From Methanobacteriota archaeon (lineage in GTDB: Archaea; Hydrothermarchaeota; Hydrothermarchaeia; Hydrothermarchaeales; JACRDW01), in NCBI GenBank assembly GCA_043820925.1, contig JBDRDL010000022.1, positions 1 to 24,184 on the forward strand: a stretch of DNA of 24,184 nucleotides. Reading direction: 5' to 3'. Shown one piece after another: positions 16,460 to 24,184 of the stretch. The notes under the pieces were generated by a model, which had not been told where the DNA came from, did no database searches, and was given only the letters and a program-made list of their open reading frames with translations. The position numbers and the translations under genes were made by a program. Position 1 is the stretch's first letter. Each line of letters begins with the position of its first letter.

Positions 16460-17328
16460 AGTATCCTCGCTCCGGCGTTATCTATTTCCATTACAACATG
16501 CTCGAAATCTAAAAGCTTGCACACTTTCTCTGGCTCCTTGGTCAGAGTAAATATCGAATTGCCGAGCATTATCATCGATGCCTCTATGTTCTTTTTTTCT
16601 AATTCTTTAACTGCGGAATAAACTTTTTTGTCCATAAGCCCTGCTTTCGAAGCAAATTTTTTAGATAATCTCATAAAGTTCTCTACAGAAGGATTTTTTA
16701 GAAAAGTATCCATGCATCCCCTGCAGGCAGCTGCAATTCTCCTTTTTTTCTGTCCGGAAAGCAGGACAGACTTCGTCTCCAGCTCGCCTCCGAGTATAAA
16801 TGCCACAACCGACTCGTTGCAAGGTATTTTATCAACCCTGCCTATGCCCGGCGCTCCCGGCTTTTTCCTCAGCACAACTCCACCTGTACATTCTGCAATC
16901 ACATCCCCCAGCCCAGTTTTGTTTGCAACCTCTGCGCAGTGCGCAATGCTTCCGCAGTCATTGAGCGTGAGATTCAGACCCAGGGCCTTTGCGACAGCAA
17001 GTACAGCGCCCAGCGAACCTGCTGCAGATAATCCGAAGCCGTACTTCATCGGCAGCTCCAGCTTGTGAAAAACCTCGACTCTGTACTTCTCCTCTGCCAA
17101 CTTCAAAATTTCCTCAATCGCAGCTGTCGTAACCGGGCAGTCGCAGGGTTTGCCGTTAATGTAAACATGAACTTCATTTTTGCTGGCTTTTTTTGCTTTC
17201 ACAGTTGTATATACTCCCTTACTGACAACAACTCCACATCCTCTGGAGCCAGTATGCAGCGCATCGCTGCCCTCGCAAACCTCAAAAAAACCTGTTATGT
17301 GCCCGGGAACAAAAGCCCTTGCCTTCAT
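16456..17328 (-). CDS. Pantoate kinase (GHMP family)
   Basis: AFVPGHITGFF, GSRGCG, P...GFGLSAA, TGLGDV, PGAPG. ATG 17328 follows GAGGAG. Confidence 0.92.
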   Translation of the reverse strand: MKARAFVPGHITGFFEVCEGSDALHTGSRGCGVVVSKGVYTTVKAKKASKNEVHVYINGKPCDCPVTTAAIEEILKLAEEKYRVEVFHKLELPMKYGFGLSAAGSLGAVLAVAKALGLNLTLNDCGSIAHCAEVANKTGLGDVIAECTGGVVLRKKPGAPGIGRVDKIPCNESVVAFILGGELETKSVLLSGQKKRRIAAACRGCMDTFLKNPSVENFMRLSKKFASKAGLMDKKVYSAVKELEKKNIEASMIMLGNSIFTLTKEPEKVCKLLDFEHVVMEIDNAGARIL

Positions 17329-17395
17329 TTGAATCCACTCCTCAAACTCGTTGTCACTTCGTTTTCGTCGCGTCTTCACCCGTTGTTGTACTTGC

Positions 17396-18580
17396 TTACG
17401 CAAGTAATTTTCCCAAGGGTCTTGACCGATTTTCCCCAACTGCATCTAATATTTTCTCCGCAATCTCTGCCTTTGTCGTGAGAGGCACGTGCACAGCGCC
17501 GCTCTTGCTCACGAGGTAAACTTCATTTTTCTCAGAGCCGAACACTCCTTTCGAAACGTCGTTGGCTACCACCAGGTCTAAATTATAATCTTTCAAGCTT
17601 TTAGCTGCAGCTTTGAGCAGCTCTTCCTTCGTTGCGTTGTGCAAGGCTTTAAAGCAGACCTTGAAGGCTTTGCGATTTTTTATTTTCTCTAAGATTTTGG
17701 GAACAGGGATCAGCTTTAGAGACAGGACTTTGCTGTTGATTTTTTTATCAGCTTTCCTCACGGTAAAATCAGAGACCGCCGCAGCTGATACAAAAACATC
17801 GCAGTTTTCTTTTTCAACCGCAGCCAGCATTTCCCTGCTGGTCTCGACGTGTGTTACGTTCAGGTAGCCTGGAGGCGCATAAGAGCCAGCTCCGTGAATA
17901 AGCTTTACATCCGCTCCTCTAAAAAAAGCTTCTCTTGCAACCTCGACGCCCATCCTGCCTGAGCTTCTGTTGGTTATAATTCTTATCGGGTCTATGTATT
18001 CGAGGGTCGGTCCAGAAGTAACGAGAATTTTTAGTCCTTTCAAATCCTTCTTGTGCAGCTCGAAAATAGCAGCATCCACGATGTCCTCTATCCTCGCCAG
18101 CTTCGCAGCACTTTCCTCGATTCTCGGCTCTATCAGCTTATACCTGAGCTTCCTCAGTTTTTGCAAATTTTCTTTCAGGATTTGATGCTCGTACATGCTG
18201 CGATGCATCGCAGGGGCGATTAAAACCTTCGCCTTCGCAGAGAGCGCAAGCGCTGTAACAGGAGTATCTGCTATGCCATGAGCTATCTTGCCTATCGTGG
18301 CTACGGTTGCAGGAGCGATTAAAATTAAATCAAACTCGTAGAGATGCTCGAGTTTTCCGGTCAGCTTGATAACGACTTCCCTTTGAGTTGCGAACTCTAA
18401 TGCATTTGGATGAATTATTTTCTGCGCATCTTTTGTCATGTACGCTACGACCTCTGCACCGTGGCGCATCAGCTCCCTCGCTAATTTTGGAGCCTCAATT
18501 GCTGCTATGCTGCCCGTAACGCAGAGCGCTATTTTCTTATTCTCAAGCTTACTGCTCTTCGTTCCTATCAAACGCCTCAC
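17396..18580 (-). CDS. coaBC: Bifunctional phosphopantothenoylcysteine decarboxylase/synthetase
   Basis: VTGSIAA, IAPAT, APAMH, TSGPTLEYIDPIRIITNRSSGRMG, AAAVSDF, VVANDV. Confidence 0.95.
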   Translation of the reverse strand: MRRLIGTKSSKLENKKIALCVTGSIAAIEAPKLARELMRHGAEVVAYMTKDAQKIIHPNALEFATQREVVIKLTGKLEHLYEFDLILIAPATVATIGKIAHGIADTPVTALALSAKAKVLIAPAMHRSMYEHQILKENLQKLRKLRYKLIEPRIEESAAKLARIEDIVDAAIFELHKKDLKGLKILVTSGPTLEYIDPIRIITNRSSGRMGVEVAREAFFRGADVKLIHGAGSYAPPGYLNVTHVETSREMLAAVEKENCDVFVSAAAVSDFTVRKADKKINSKVLSLKLIPVPKILEKIKNRKAFKVCFKALHNATKEELLKAAAKSLKDYNLDLVVANDVSKGVFGSEKNEVYLVSKSGAVHVPLTTKAEIAEKILDAVGENRSRPLGKLLA

Positions 18581-19235
18581 CTTTTGCAGCTATTACAGAA
18601 AAACTCGCCCTCAGGTATTCCTCTCCGTCAAAAATCTTTTTTTGTCTATTAACTTTAAAATCCAAAATTTGAAATCTGCGTAGCAAATTTCTGAGTTCAA
18701 ATTCCGTGAAGTAATGGCAGATTATGCCGGAAGCTCTTTTAAACGTATTCTGTTCCACAGGCGAATTTTTCAGGCTTTGGGAGTAGCGCATGTCATTGGT
18801 AGAAAAAGCGGCAAGAAACAGCGTGCCGCCCCGCCTGAGCACTCTATGCATCTCTGCAACTGCCTGAACTCTCTCCCTCTCGTACAAATGCCCAAGAACA
18901 AATCTGCACACAACTGCGTCGAAAGAAGAATTTAAGAAAGGTAAGTAGCGTACATCTCCAGCGAAGGCGATAGCCATTTCGATAGAAAGCTGGCGTGTTG
19001 TGCCATCTTCCTTACGGAAGGGAACTGCACCAAACTTCAACGCTTCTCTGGAAATATCTACGCCAACTGCATCATAGCCTCTCTCAAGCAGATGCCCAAG
19101 AGTTTTTCCACTGCCGCAGCCTACTTCGAGAATCTTTGCATCCTGCTGGATGAAGCTTTCTATATCTTCTACCTCCCCCACGCCTCTCCAAAGCATGCCG
19201 TGCCTTTTGTACTCCTCTTCCCATGCAAGTTTCAT
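18549..19235 (-). CDS. Class I SAM-dependent methyltransferase
   Basis: ILEVGCGSGK, VGVDIS, LPF...SFDAV, RVLRRGG. Confidence 0.88.
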   Translation of the reverse strand: MKLAWEEEYKRHGMLWRGVGEVEDIESFIQQDAKILEVGCGSGKTLGHLLERGYDAVGVDISREALKFGAVPFRKEDGTTRQLSIEMAIAFAGDVRYLPFLNSSFDAVVCRFVLGHLYERERVQAVAEMHRVLRRGGTLFLAAFSTNDMRYSQSLKNSPVEQNTFKRASGIICHYFTEFELRNLLRRFQILDFKVNRQKKIFDGEEYLRASFSVIAAKGEAFDRNEEQ

Positions 19236-19858
19236 TCTATAACAGTACCCCCGTGCCTTTTACCTTTTACCGCATTTTCAATGTTTCTCAATTTCCTGCC
19301 ATCGATGACTATGGTCTTTATTTTATTCCTGTGAATAATCTTAGCCGCAATCGGGTCTATGACTGCTGCTAAACCTGGGTAGTATTCCCTGCCGACGATT
19401 TTTAACAGCTGCTCAGAATTTAAGGAATCAAATTTTTTTGCAGACGGATTTTTGTTCGGGTCAGAATCATAAACTCCCGCAACATTGGTTGCGATTATGA
19501 GAAGTTTTGCTTTGCACTTCCCAGCAAGCTCCGCTGCAACTGCATCGGTAGTCTGCCCCGGCTTGATGCCTCCTGTTACTCGTATATTTTTAGATGCATT
19601 GCTGCCGAGAGCAGAAACCAAAAGCATTGCGTTCATTTTGGTGGCTGCGATTCCTATTTCGTCACAGTAATCGTCGCTTGCGCCGAGCTTTTTGGCGGCT
19701 TCGATATACTCTCTAGCCAGCCTGCCGCCGCCAACGACTACCATAGGTTTATAACCCTCGCTGCGCAATTTAGTGAGCAGGGCAGAAAATTTTTTTATGT
19801 AGTCAGGATTAATAGGTGAGGCTATTATAGAGCCGCCGATGCTTATAACGACTTTCAT
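19232..19858 (-). CDS. pyrH: UMP kinase (archaeal type)
   Basis: ISIGGS, VVGGGRLAREYI, DEIGIAAT, PGQTTDAVAA, TNVAGVYDSDP. Confidence 0.93.
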   Translation of the reverse strand: MKVVISIGGSIIASPINPDYIKKFSALLTKLRSEGYKPMVVVGGGRLAREYIEAAKKLGASDDYCDEIGIAATKMNAMLLVSALGSNASKNIRVTGGIKPGQTTDAVAAELAGKCKAKLLIIATNVAGVYDSDPNKNPSAKKFDSLNSEQLLKIVGREYYPGLAAVIDPIAAKIIHRNKIKTIVIDGRKLRNIENAVKGKRHGGTVIE

Positions 19859-19909
19859 AGAATCACTTTTATCTTGCTGTACTTATAAATCTAAAGTAGA
19901 GGAGTAATT

Positions 19910-21145
19910 ATGACTAAGGCTTCGTCTGTAGAGCTGCACAAGCTGAGAAAAGAGCTAGAGGTGCTTGAGGAAAAGAAGGGGAAAGGCACGGAGTTGGTCA
20001 GCCTTTACATTCCTCCGGATAAAAATCTGAACGACGTAACCTCGCAGATGCGGGAAGAATACTCGCAGGCAATGAACATAAAGTCTGCGAGGACGAGAAA
20101 GAACGTGCAGTCTGCGCTGGAAGTTATAATGCAGAAGCTGAAGCTGATAAAGGATGTTCCTGAGAACGGCATAGTTTTGTTGGTGGGAACTATACCACGG
20201 GGCACCAAAGACAAAATGGAGGTTTACATGATTACTCCGCCTGAAAAAGTCATGACCTATATTTACCACTGCGACTCTGAATTTTTGCTGCATCCGATAA
20301 GAGACATGCTTACAGAGAAGGGCACTTACGGACTGCTCGTTTTAGACAGAGGAGAAGCTACGGTCGGCTTGCTAAAAGGAAAGAGAATTGAAATCGTTCG
20401 CAAAATAAACTCCACAGTTCCTGGAAAGCATGGGCGCGGCGGGCAGTCGCAGCGCAGATTTGAGCGATTGATAGAAATTGCAGCGCACGAGTACTTCAAG
20501 CGCATAGGCAAGCACGCAAGCGAGATATTCATAAACACGCCGGACTTGAGAGGCGTCATCGTCGGCGGACCGGGTCCAACGAAGGACTTTTTCATGGATG
20601 AAGGCTACCTGCATCACGAAGTGCAGACGAAAGTTCTCGGAATAATCGATACTTCTTACACAGACGACTTCGGTATAAGAGAGCTCGTGGACAATGCCTC
20701 AGAAATTTTTAAGGACTTAGAGGTAACTAAAGAAAAAAACCTAGTGCAGCGCTTCCTGAGCGAAGTTGTAAGAGACCACGGCCTGGCTGCGTATGGAGAA
20801 AAGGAAGTAAGAGACTTTCTAAAGAAGGGCGCAGTTGATATGCTGCTTGTCTCGGAAGAAGTGGAGTCGTTCCGAGTGGCGATAACCTGCTCAAACTGCG
20901 ACCATGCAGAAAGCATAACAGTGCATAATTTAAAAACCTTCGAAAAAGAGCTTGCAGAGAAAGCCTGCCCGAAGTGCAATGAGAAAAGCCTAGGAACAGA
21001 CGAGTTCAAGAGCACTCTAGACGAGCTTACAGAGCTTGCAGGCAGAACAGGTGCAAACATAGAGGTGATTTCGACTGAAACCGAGGATGGGCAGCAGCTC
21101 AAGGCATTCGGCGGAATAGCTGCGATACTCAGGTTCAGACCATAA
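19910..21145 (+). CDS. prf1: Peptide chain release factor aRF1
   Basis: GTELVSLYIP, NIKS, YxCxxxF (YHCDSEF), GGQSQRRFERL, C-terminal CxxC...CxxC and AFGGIAAILRF. Confidence 0.97.
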   Translation: MTKASSVELHKLRKELEVLEEKKGKGTELVSLYIPPDKNLNDVTSQMREEYSQAMNIKSARTRKNVQSALEVIMQKLKLIKDVPENGIVLLVGTIPRGTKDKMEVYMITPPEKVMTYIYHCDSEFLLHPIRDMLTEKGTYGLLVLDRGEATVGLLKGKRIEIVRKINSTVPGKHGRGGQSQRRFERLIEIAAHEYFKRIGKHASEIFINTPDLRGVIVGGPGPTKDFFMDEGYLHHEVQTKVLGIIDTSYTDDFGIRELVDNASEIFKDLEVTKEKNLVQRFLSEVVRDHGLAAYGEKEVRDFLKKGAVDMLLVSEEVESFRVAITCSNCDHAESITVHNLKTFEKELAEKACPKCNEKSLGTDEFKSTLDELTELAGRTGANIEVISTETEDGQQLKAFGGIAAILRFRP

Positions 21146-21325
21146 CCCTTTCTTTCTCCTCTTTGAAAAAGAGGAGCATTTTCCAACGTAGAAGATTTGC
21201 TTTGCAAATCTTCAGACGTTGAAATTTTGCTACTTTCTTTCAGAAAGTAGAAAGGTCTATCACCCCAAAAAGAAACTATGATGGTCAACCTTTCAGAAGG
21301 TTGCGATACTCAGGTTCAGACCATA
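21121..21325. mobile_element. 157-nt palindrome-rich insertion (21145-21301) flanked by a 24-bp direct repeat of the prf1 3' end
   Basis: TGCGATACTCAGGTTCAGACCATA at 21121-21144 and 21302-21325; four perfect internal hairpins. Confidence 0.75.
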
Positions 21326-21339
21326 GGAGGTTAGTTAGT

Positions 21340-22272
21340 ATGGTTTGCGAGGAAGTTAAAGTGACTGCAGGAAAAATTGCTAAGATGGAAATAAGAGGCG
21401 CAGGAAAAATTGCGAGAAGCGCCGCCGAGGCGTTGAAAGCCTGTGCAAAAGCTTCGAAGGCAAAGGGTGCAAAAGAGTTCGTTAAGGAGCTGGAGGAAGC
21501 CGGGAATAAACTAATCTCTGCCAGACCTTCTGCCGTTTCTCTGCCCAATGCTGTTAGATTCATTATAAATCGGGTTAAGACTGCCAATTTAAATGCCAAA
21601 AAACTGAAAGAGCTAACGATAAAAACTGCGGATAAATTTATAGAAGACTCTAAAAAAGCTGTGGAGAGGATAGGGGAAATAGGTGCCAGAAGAATTGCGG
21701 GTGGAGACGTGATAATGACGCACTGTCATTCTCTGGCCGTCCTGTCTGTAATTAAAACTGCCTGGAGGCAGGGCAAAAAAATCAAGGTTATTGCTACAGA
21801 GTCGAGACCCAGATACCAAGGGTACATAACTGTGAGAGAATTGATAAAAGAAGGCATACCATGCACGCTTATAGTGGACTCTGCGGTAAGAGCTTTCATG
21901 AAGCAGGTCGACAAAGTTATTGTGGGCGCAGACAGCATCGCTGCGAACGGAGCTGTAGTAAACAAGATAGGCACCTCGCAGCTCGCCTTGGCTGCGCACG
22001 AAGCACGGGTTTTGTTCCTTGTCGCTGCGGAGAGCTACAAATTCCATCCGCAAACGCTGGTCGGCGAGCTGGTTGAAATCGAGGAGCGCAGCGCAAGGGA
22101 AGTTGCAAATCCACAGGATTTCAAGGGCGCAAAGATACGCAACCCAGCCTTCGACATAACCCCTCCCGAATATATCGATTTAATAATCACGGAAAAAGGA
22201 GTCATGCCTCCCCAGGCAGCAATTCTGGTCATAAAAGAAGAATTTGGATGGGCTGTGGCAGGAGAATACTGA
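21340..22272 (+). CDS. Ribose-1,5-bisphosphate isomerase (eIF-2B-like family)
   Basis: MEIRGAGKIA, RPSAVSLPNA, THCHS, ESRP..QG, GADSI..NG.VVNKIGT, NPAFDITP. ATG 21340 follows GGAGG. Confidence 0.92.
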   Translation: MVCEEVKVTAGKIAKMEIRGAGKIARSAAEALKACAKASKAKGAKEFVKELEEAGNKLISARPSAVSLPNAVRFIINRVKTANLNAKKLKELTIKTADKFIEDSKKAVERIGEIGARRIAGGDVIMTHCHSLAVLSVIKTAWRQGKKIKVIATESRPRYQGYITVRELIKEGIPCTLIVDSAVRAFMKQVDKVIVGADSIAANGAVVNKIGTSQLALAAHEARVLFLVAAESYKFHPQTLVGELVEIEERSAREVANPQDFKGAKIRNPAFDITPPEYIDLIITEKGVMPPQAAILVIKEEFGWAVAGEY

Positions 22273-22274
22273 TG

Positions 22275-23198
22275 CTAAGGTAGTTTTGGACTTAGCTCAT
22301 TAACAGCATCGAGATATTTCTCCTTAATGCCCAGCAGTTTTTCACGTCCCGAATATGCAAATGCATCCTCTTTCTTAATTTTTATAAGCTTTGAGCGCAG
22401 CTCCTCCCTTTGCTTCTCAAGCTCTGCCCGCTGCGCTTCGACCTCTCTGCACGCAGCCTCTAAGCTTTTTAAATCTGCGAACTCTGCCTCCAGCTCTGCC
22501 AATTCCTGCGACTCCATTTCTTTGATCGGCAGGATTTTATCTGTGAGCTCCTGCGAAACGTGCCTTAATACAGCCAGCTTGGCTCCTCTCGCAGCCTCTT
22601 CGTCTTTCCTTCTGCTGAAAATTTCAAAGAATCTTCTCGGTCTTGGTTCTGCGAATAAATCAGTTTCATTGACTCTCGCAGGATTTTCAAGAATCGCATC
22701 AAACAGCTCCTCGACTGTAATGCTCTCCCCTGAAAGCAGCAGCTCATAGCCTTGTACTATAGAAGCTGCTTTATCAAGAAATTTCTTCCCGAGCTTCTCA
22801 ATCTCCCTCTTCGAAGCATCTTTTATTCCCTGGCTTGCCAGGGTATACTCCTGCCTTCTCTCAAAATATTTGCTGCACGCCGCAGAAGTCCTGCTCTCGA
22901 GGACTCTGAATTTTCTTTCTATGCTTTCCAGTTCTTCAGTAGCGTCTTTAAACTGCTTGTTCAATCTCTTGAAATTTCGCAGCTCCTCGAGGTCATTCTC
23001 AACAGCGCTTTTAAAATCCTTAATAGACTTCGGAACATCTTCAGCAAGATTTGATTTCTCAGCCTCCGCTTCTAACCTCTGAATTTCAGATAAAATATCG
23101 CTCAGTGCAACTTTCAAGCCTTCGTCAAAACCAGAATTGTAGTTAGAAATGCCCGTGCACCTGCCTGCAATAGACTGCAACCTTTCTTTCATCAGCAT
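22275..23198 (-). CDS. Hypothetical coiled-coil protein
   Basis: 307-aa ORF rich in E/K/L heptads, host-like codon style; no family recognised. Confidence 0.75.
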   Translation of the reverse strand: MLMKERLQSIAGRCTGISNYNSGFDEGLKVALSDILSEIQRLEAEAEKSNLAEDVPKSIKDFKSAVENDLEELRNFKRLNKQFKDATEELESIERKFRVLESRTSAACSKYFERRQEYTLASQGIKDASKREIEKLGKKFLDKAASIVQGYELLLSGESITVEELFDAILENPARVNETDLFAEPRPRRFFEIFSRRKDEEAARGAKLAVLRHVSQELTDKILPIKEMESQELAELEAEFADLKSLEAACREVEAQRAELEKQREELRSKLIKIKKEDAFAYSGREKLLGIKEKYLDAVNELSPKLP

Positions 23199-23225
23199 AA
23201 GCTTATCAGAATAAATATATATCTT

Positions 23226-23741
23226 TTATTTCGCTTCTTCGCTTTTAATTTCATTCCTTATCTGGCCGAGAAGGTATGCGACGACTTTTCGTGCTTCCGT
23301 AATCCTTCTCTGCTCGCCCAGTAATTCTTCGTATATTCTTTCCAGCTCCTCAATTTTTTCCTTCTCGTCTAACTCTGAAATTTTATCAATTTCTTTAGTT
23401 ATTTGTTTCAAATTTGGAAGCGCATCCAGAATATTTTCATCTATTCTCGGCGTAAGAGTTTCTATGCCGAAGAAGTCATGCCCTATCTTTATCTCCAGAA
23501 TGAGCTCCTTCGAAATTCCGTAGTACTTCCTCGGTCTGCCCTTCTCTATCTTTCTGAACTTTGTCTCAAGTATGCCTACTTCCCTCATCAGCTCTAAATG
23601 CTCGATTATCGCTTTCTGACCAATGTTCAATTCTTGAGAAAGCTGGGTTATATAGCAGGGCTTCTCAGAAAGTAATTGCAATATCTCTCTTCTCGTCTCG
23701 CTGCCGAGCATGTCCAGGATTTCTTCTATTCGCATGACCAT
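23226..23741 (-). CDS. ArsR-type wHTH heat-shock repressor, Phr-like (Thermococcales Phr family)
   Basis: LDMLGSETRREILQLL..PCYITQLSQELNIGQKAIIEHL...GRPRKYY closely resembles Pyrococcus Phr; divergent from hsp20. Confidence 0.85.
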   Translation of the reverse strand: MVMRIEEILDMLGSETRREILQLLSEKPCYITQLSQELNIGQKAIIEHLELMREVGILETKFRKIEKGRPRKYYGISKELILEIKIGHDFFGIETLTPRIDENILDALPNLKQITKEIDKISELDEKEKIEELERIYEELLGEQRRITEARKVVAYLLGQIRNEIKSEEAK

Positions 23742-23768
23742 ATTTAACTTTCTTAACGATGCAAAAAA

Positions 23769-23841
23769 TTTAAGTAACTTTTTGTTACTAAAATATTTTA
23801 ACTTGTTAAAGGTATTTTCTGATTATACTAACAAAAAGTTA
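23769..23841. promoter_or_regulatory. Two TAAC-N5-GTTA operators in the divergent repressor/hsp20 promoter
   Basis: TTTAAGTAAC TTTTT GTTACTAAAA (23769-23793) and TAAC AAAAA GTTA (23829-23841). Confidence 0.7.
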
Positions 23842-23920
23842 TTTTAAGAATTCCGCAATACCGTTAGGTGGTGCGCAAGTCTTGCGGTCTTGCTTACGCA
23901 ATGCGAAAGAGGTGAGACGA

Positions 23921-24184
23921 ATGCGGTTCGATGAATTTGAGGAGATAGACGAAATATTCGAGCGGATGTTTCGTGCCTTAAAATCTGGCAAAATTAGAGA
24001 GCCTCTGTACTGCGGATTTTCAACTGGTGAATTGCTCGCAGGCGCAAGGGAACCTTTCACAGATGTTATAGTGGATGAAAAGAACAGCGAAGTTATAGTA
24101 ACTGCCGAGATTCCCGGCGTTGCAAAGGAAGACATAAGGATAAATGCAGCCGAAGACAGCATAGAAATCAGAGCAGAAACCAGA
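23921..24184 (+). CDS. Small heat-shock protein (Hsp20), 3'-truncated by the window edge
   Basis: Not in the ORF track. MRFDEFEEIDEIFERMF...REPFTDVI...VIVTAEIPGVAKEDIRI; GAGGTGA RBS. Confidence 0.92.
   Translation, partial: MRFDEFEEIDEIFERMFRALKSGKIREPLYCGFSTGELLAGAREPFTDVIVDEKNSEVIVTAEIPGVAKEDIRINAAEDSIEIRAETR

Noticed and set aside
17329..17445. 39-aa N-terminal extension of pantoate kinase
   Set aside because: It overlaps the coaBC 3' end; family similarity and a good RBS both point to ATG 17328.
21301..21339. N-terminal extension of the isomerase from TTG 21301
   Set aside because: It derives from the duplicated prf1 end; the GGAGG RBS supports ATG 21340.

Overview
Archaeal (euryarchaeal-type; lineage not determinable from this window) chromosomal segment. 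The housekeeping backbone is rnhB, smc-scpA-scpB, a non-discriminating aspS, hisD, an archaeal CoA-biosynthesis cluster (PPS, PoK, coaBC), pyrH, aRF1, ribose-1,5-bisphosphate isomerase, and a Phr-like heat-shock repressor divergent from hsp20. Three accessory insertions interrupt it. (1) Positions 1-3494 are the end of an element integrated at an intron-containing tRNA-Thr(UGU); it carries a tyrosine integrase, a PLD nuclease and two TA modules. (2) A 2.7-kb island between hisD and aspS is bounded by a 13-bp direct repeat. It holds two single-gene cassettes, each closed by an attC-like foldback site, stacked inside what reconstitutes as an 11-6-11 dif-like palindrome, with no integron integrase nearby. 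This is the most interesting signal: an integron-like cassette array that may be driven by a Xer-type recombinase. (3) A 157-nt multi-hairpin element flanked by a 24-bp duplication sits at the 3' end of the aRF1 gene. Two toxin genes are broken (HEPN frameshift, PIN internal deletion). All product calls come from motif recognition by eye; no database searches were run.
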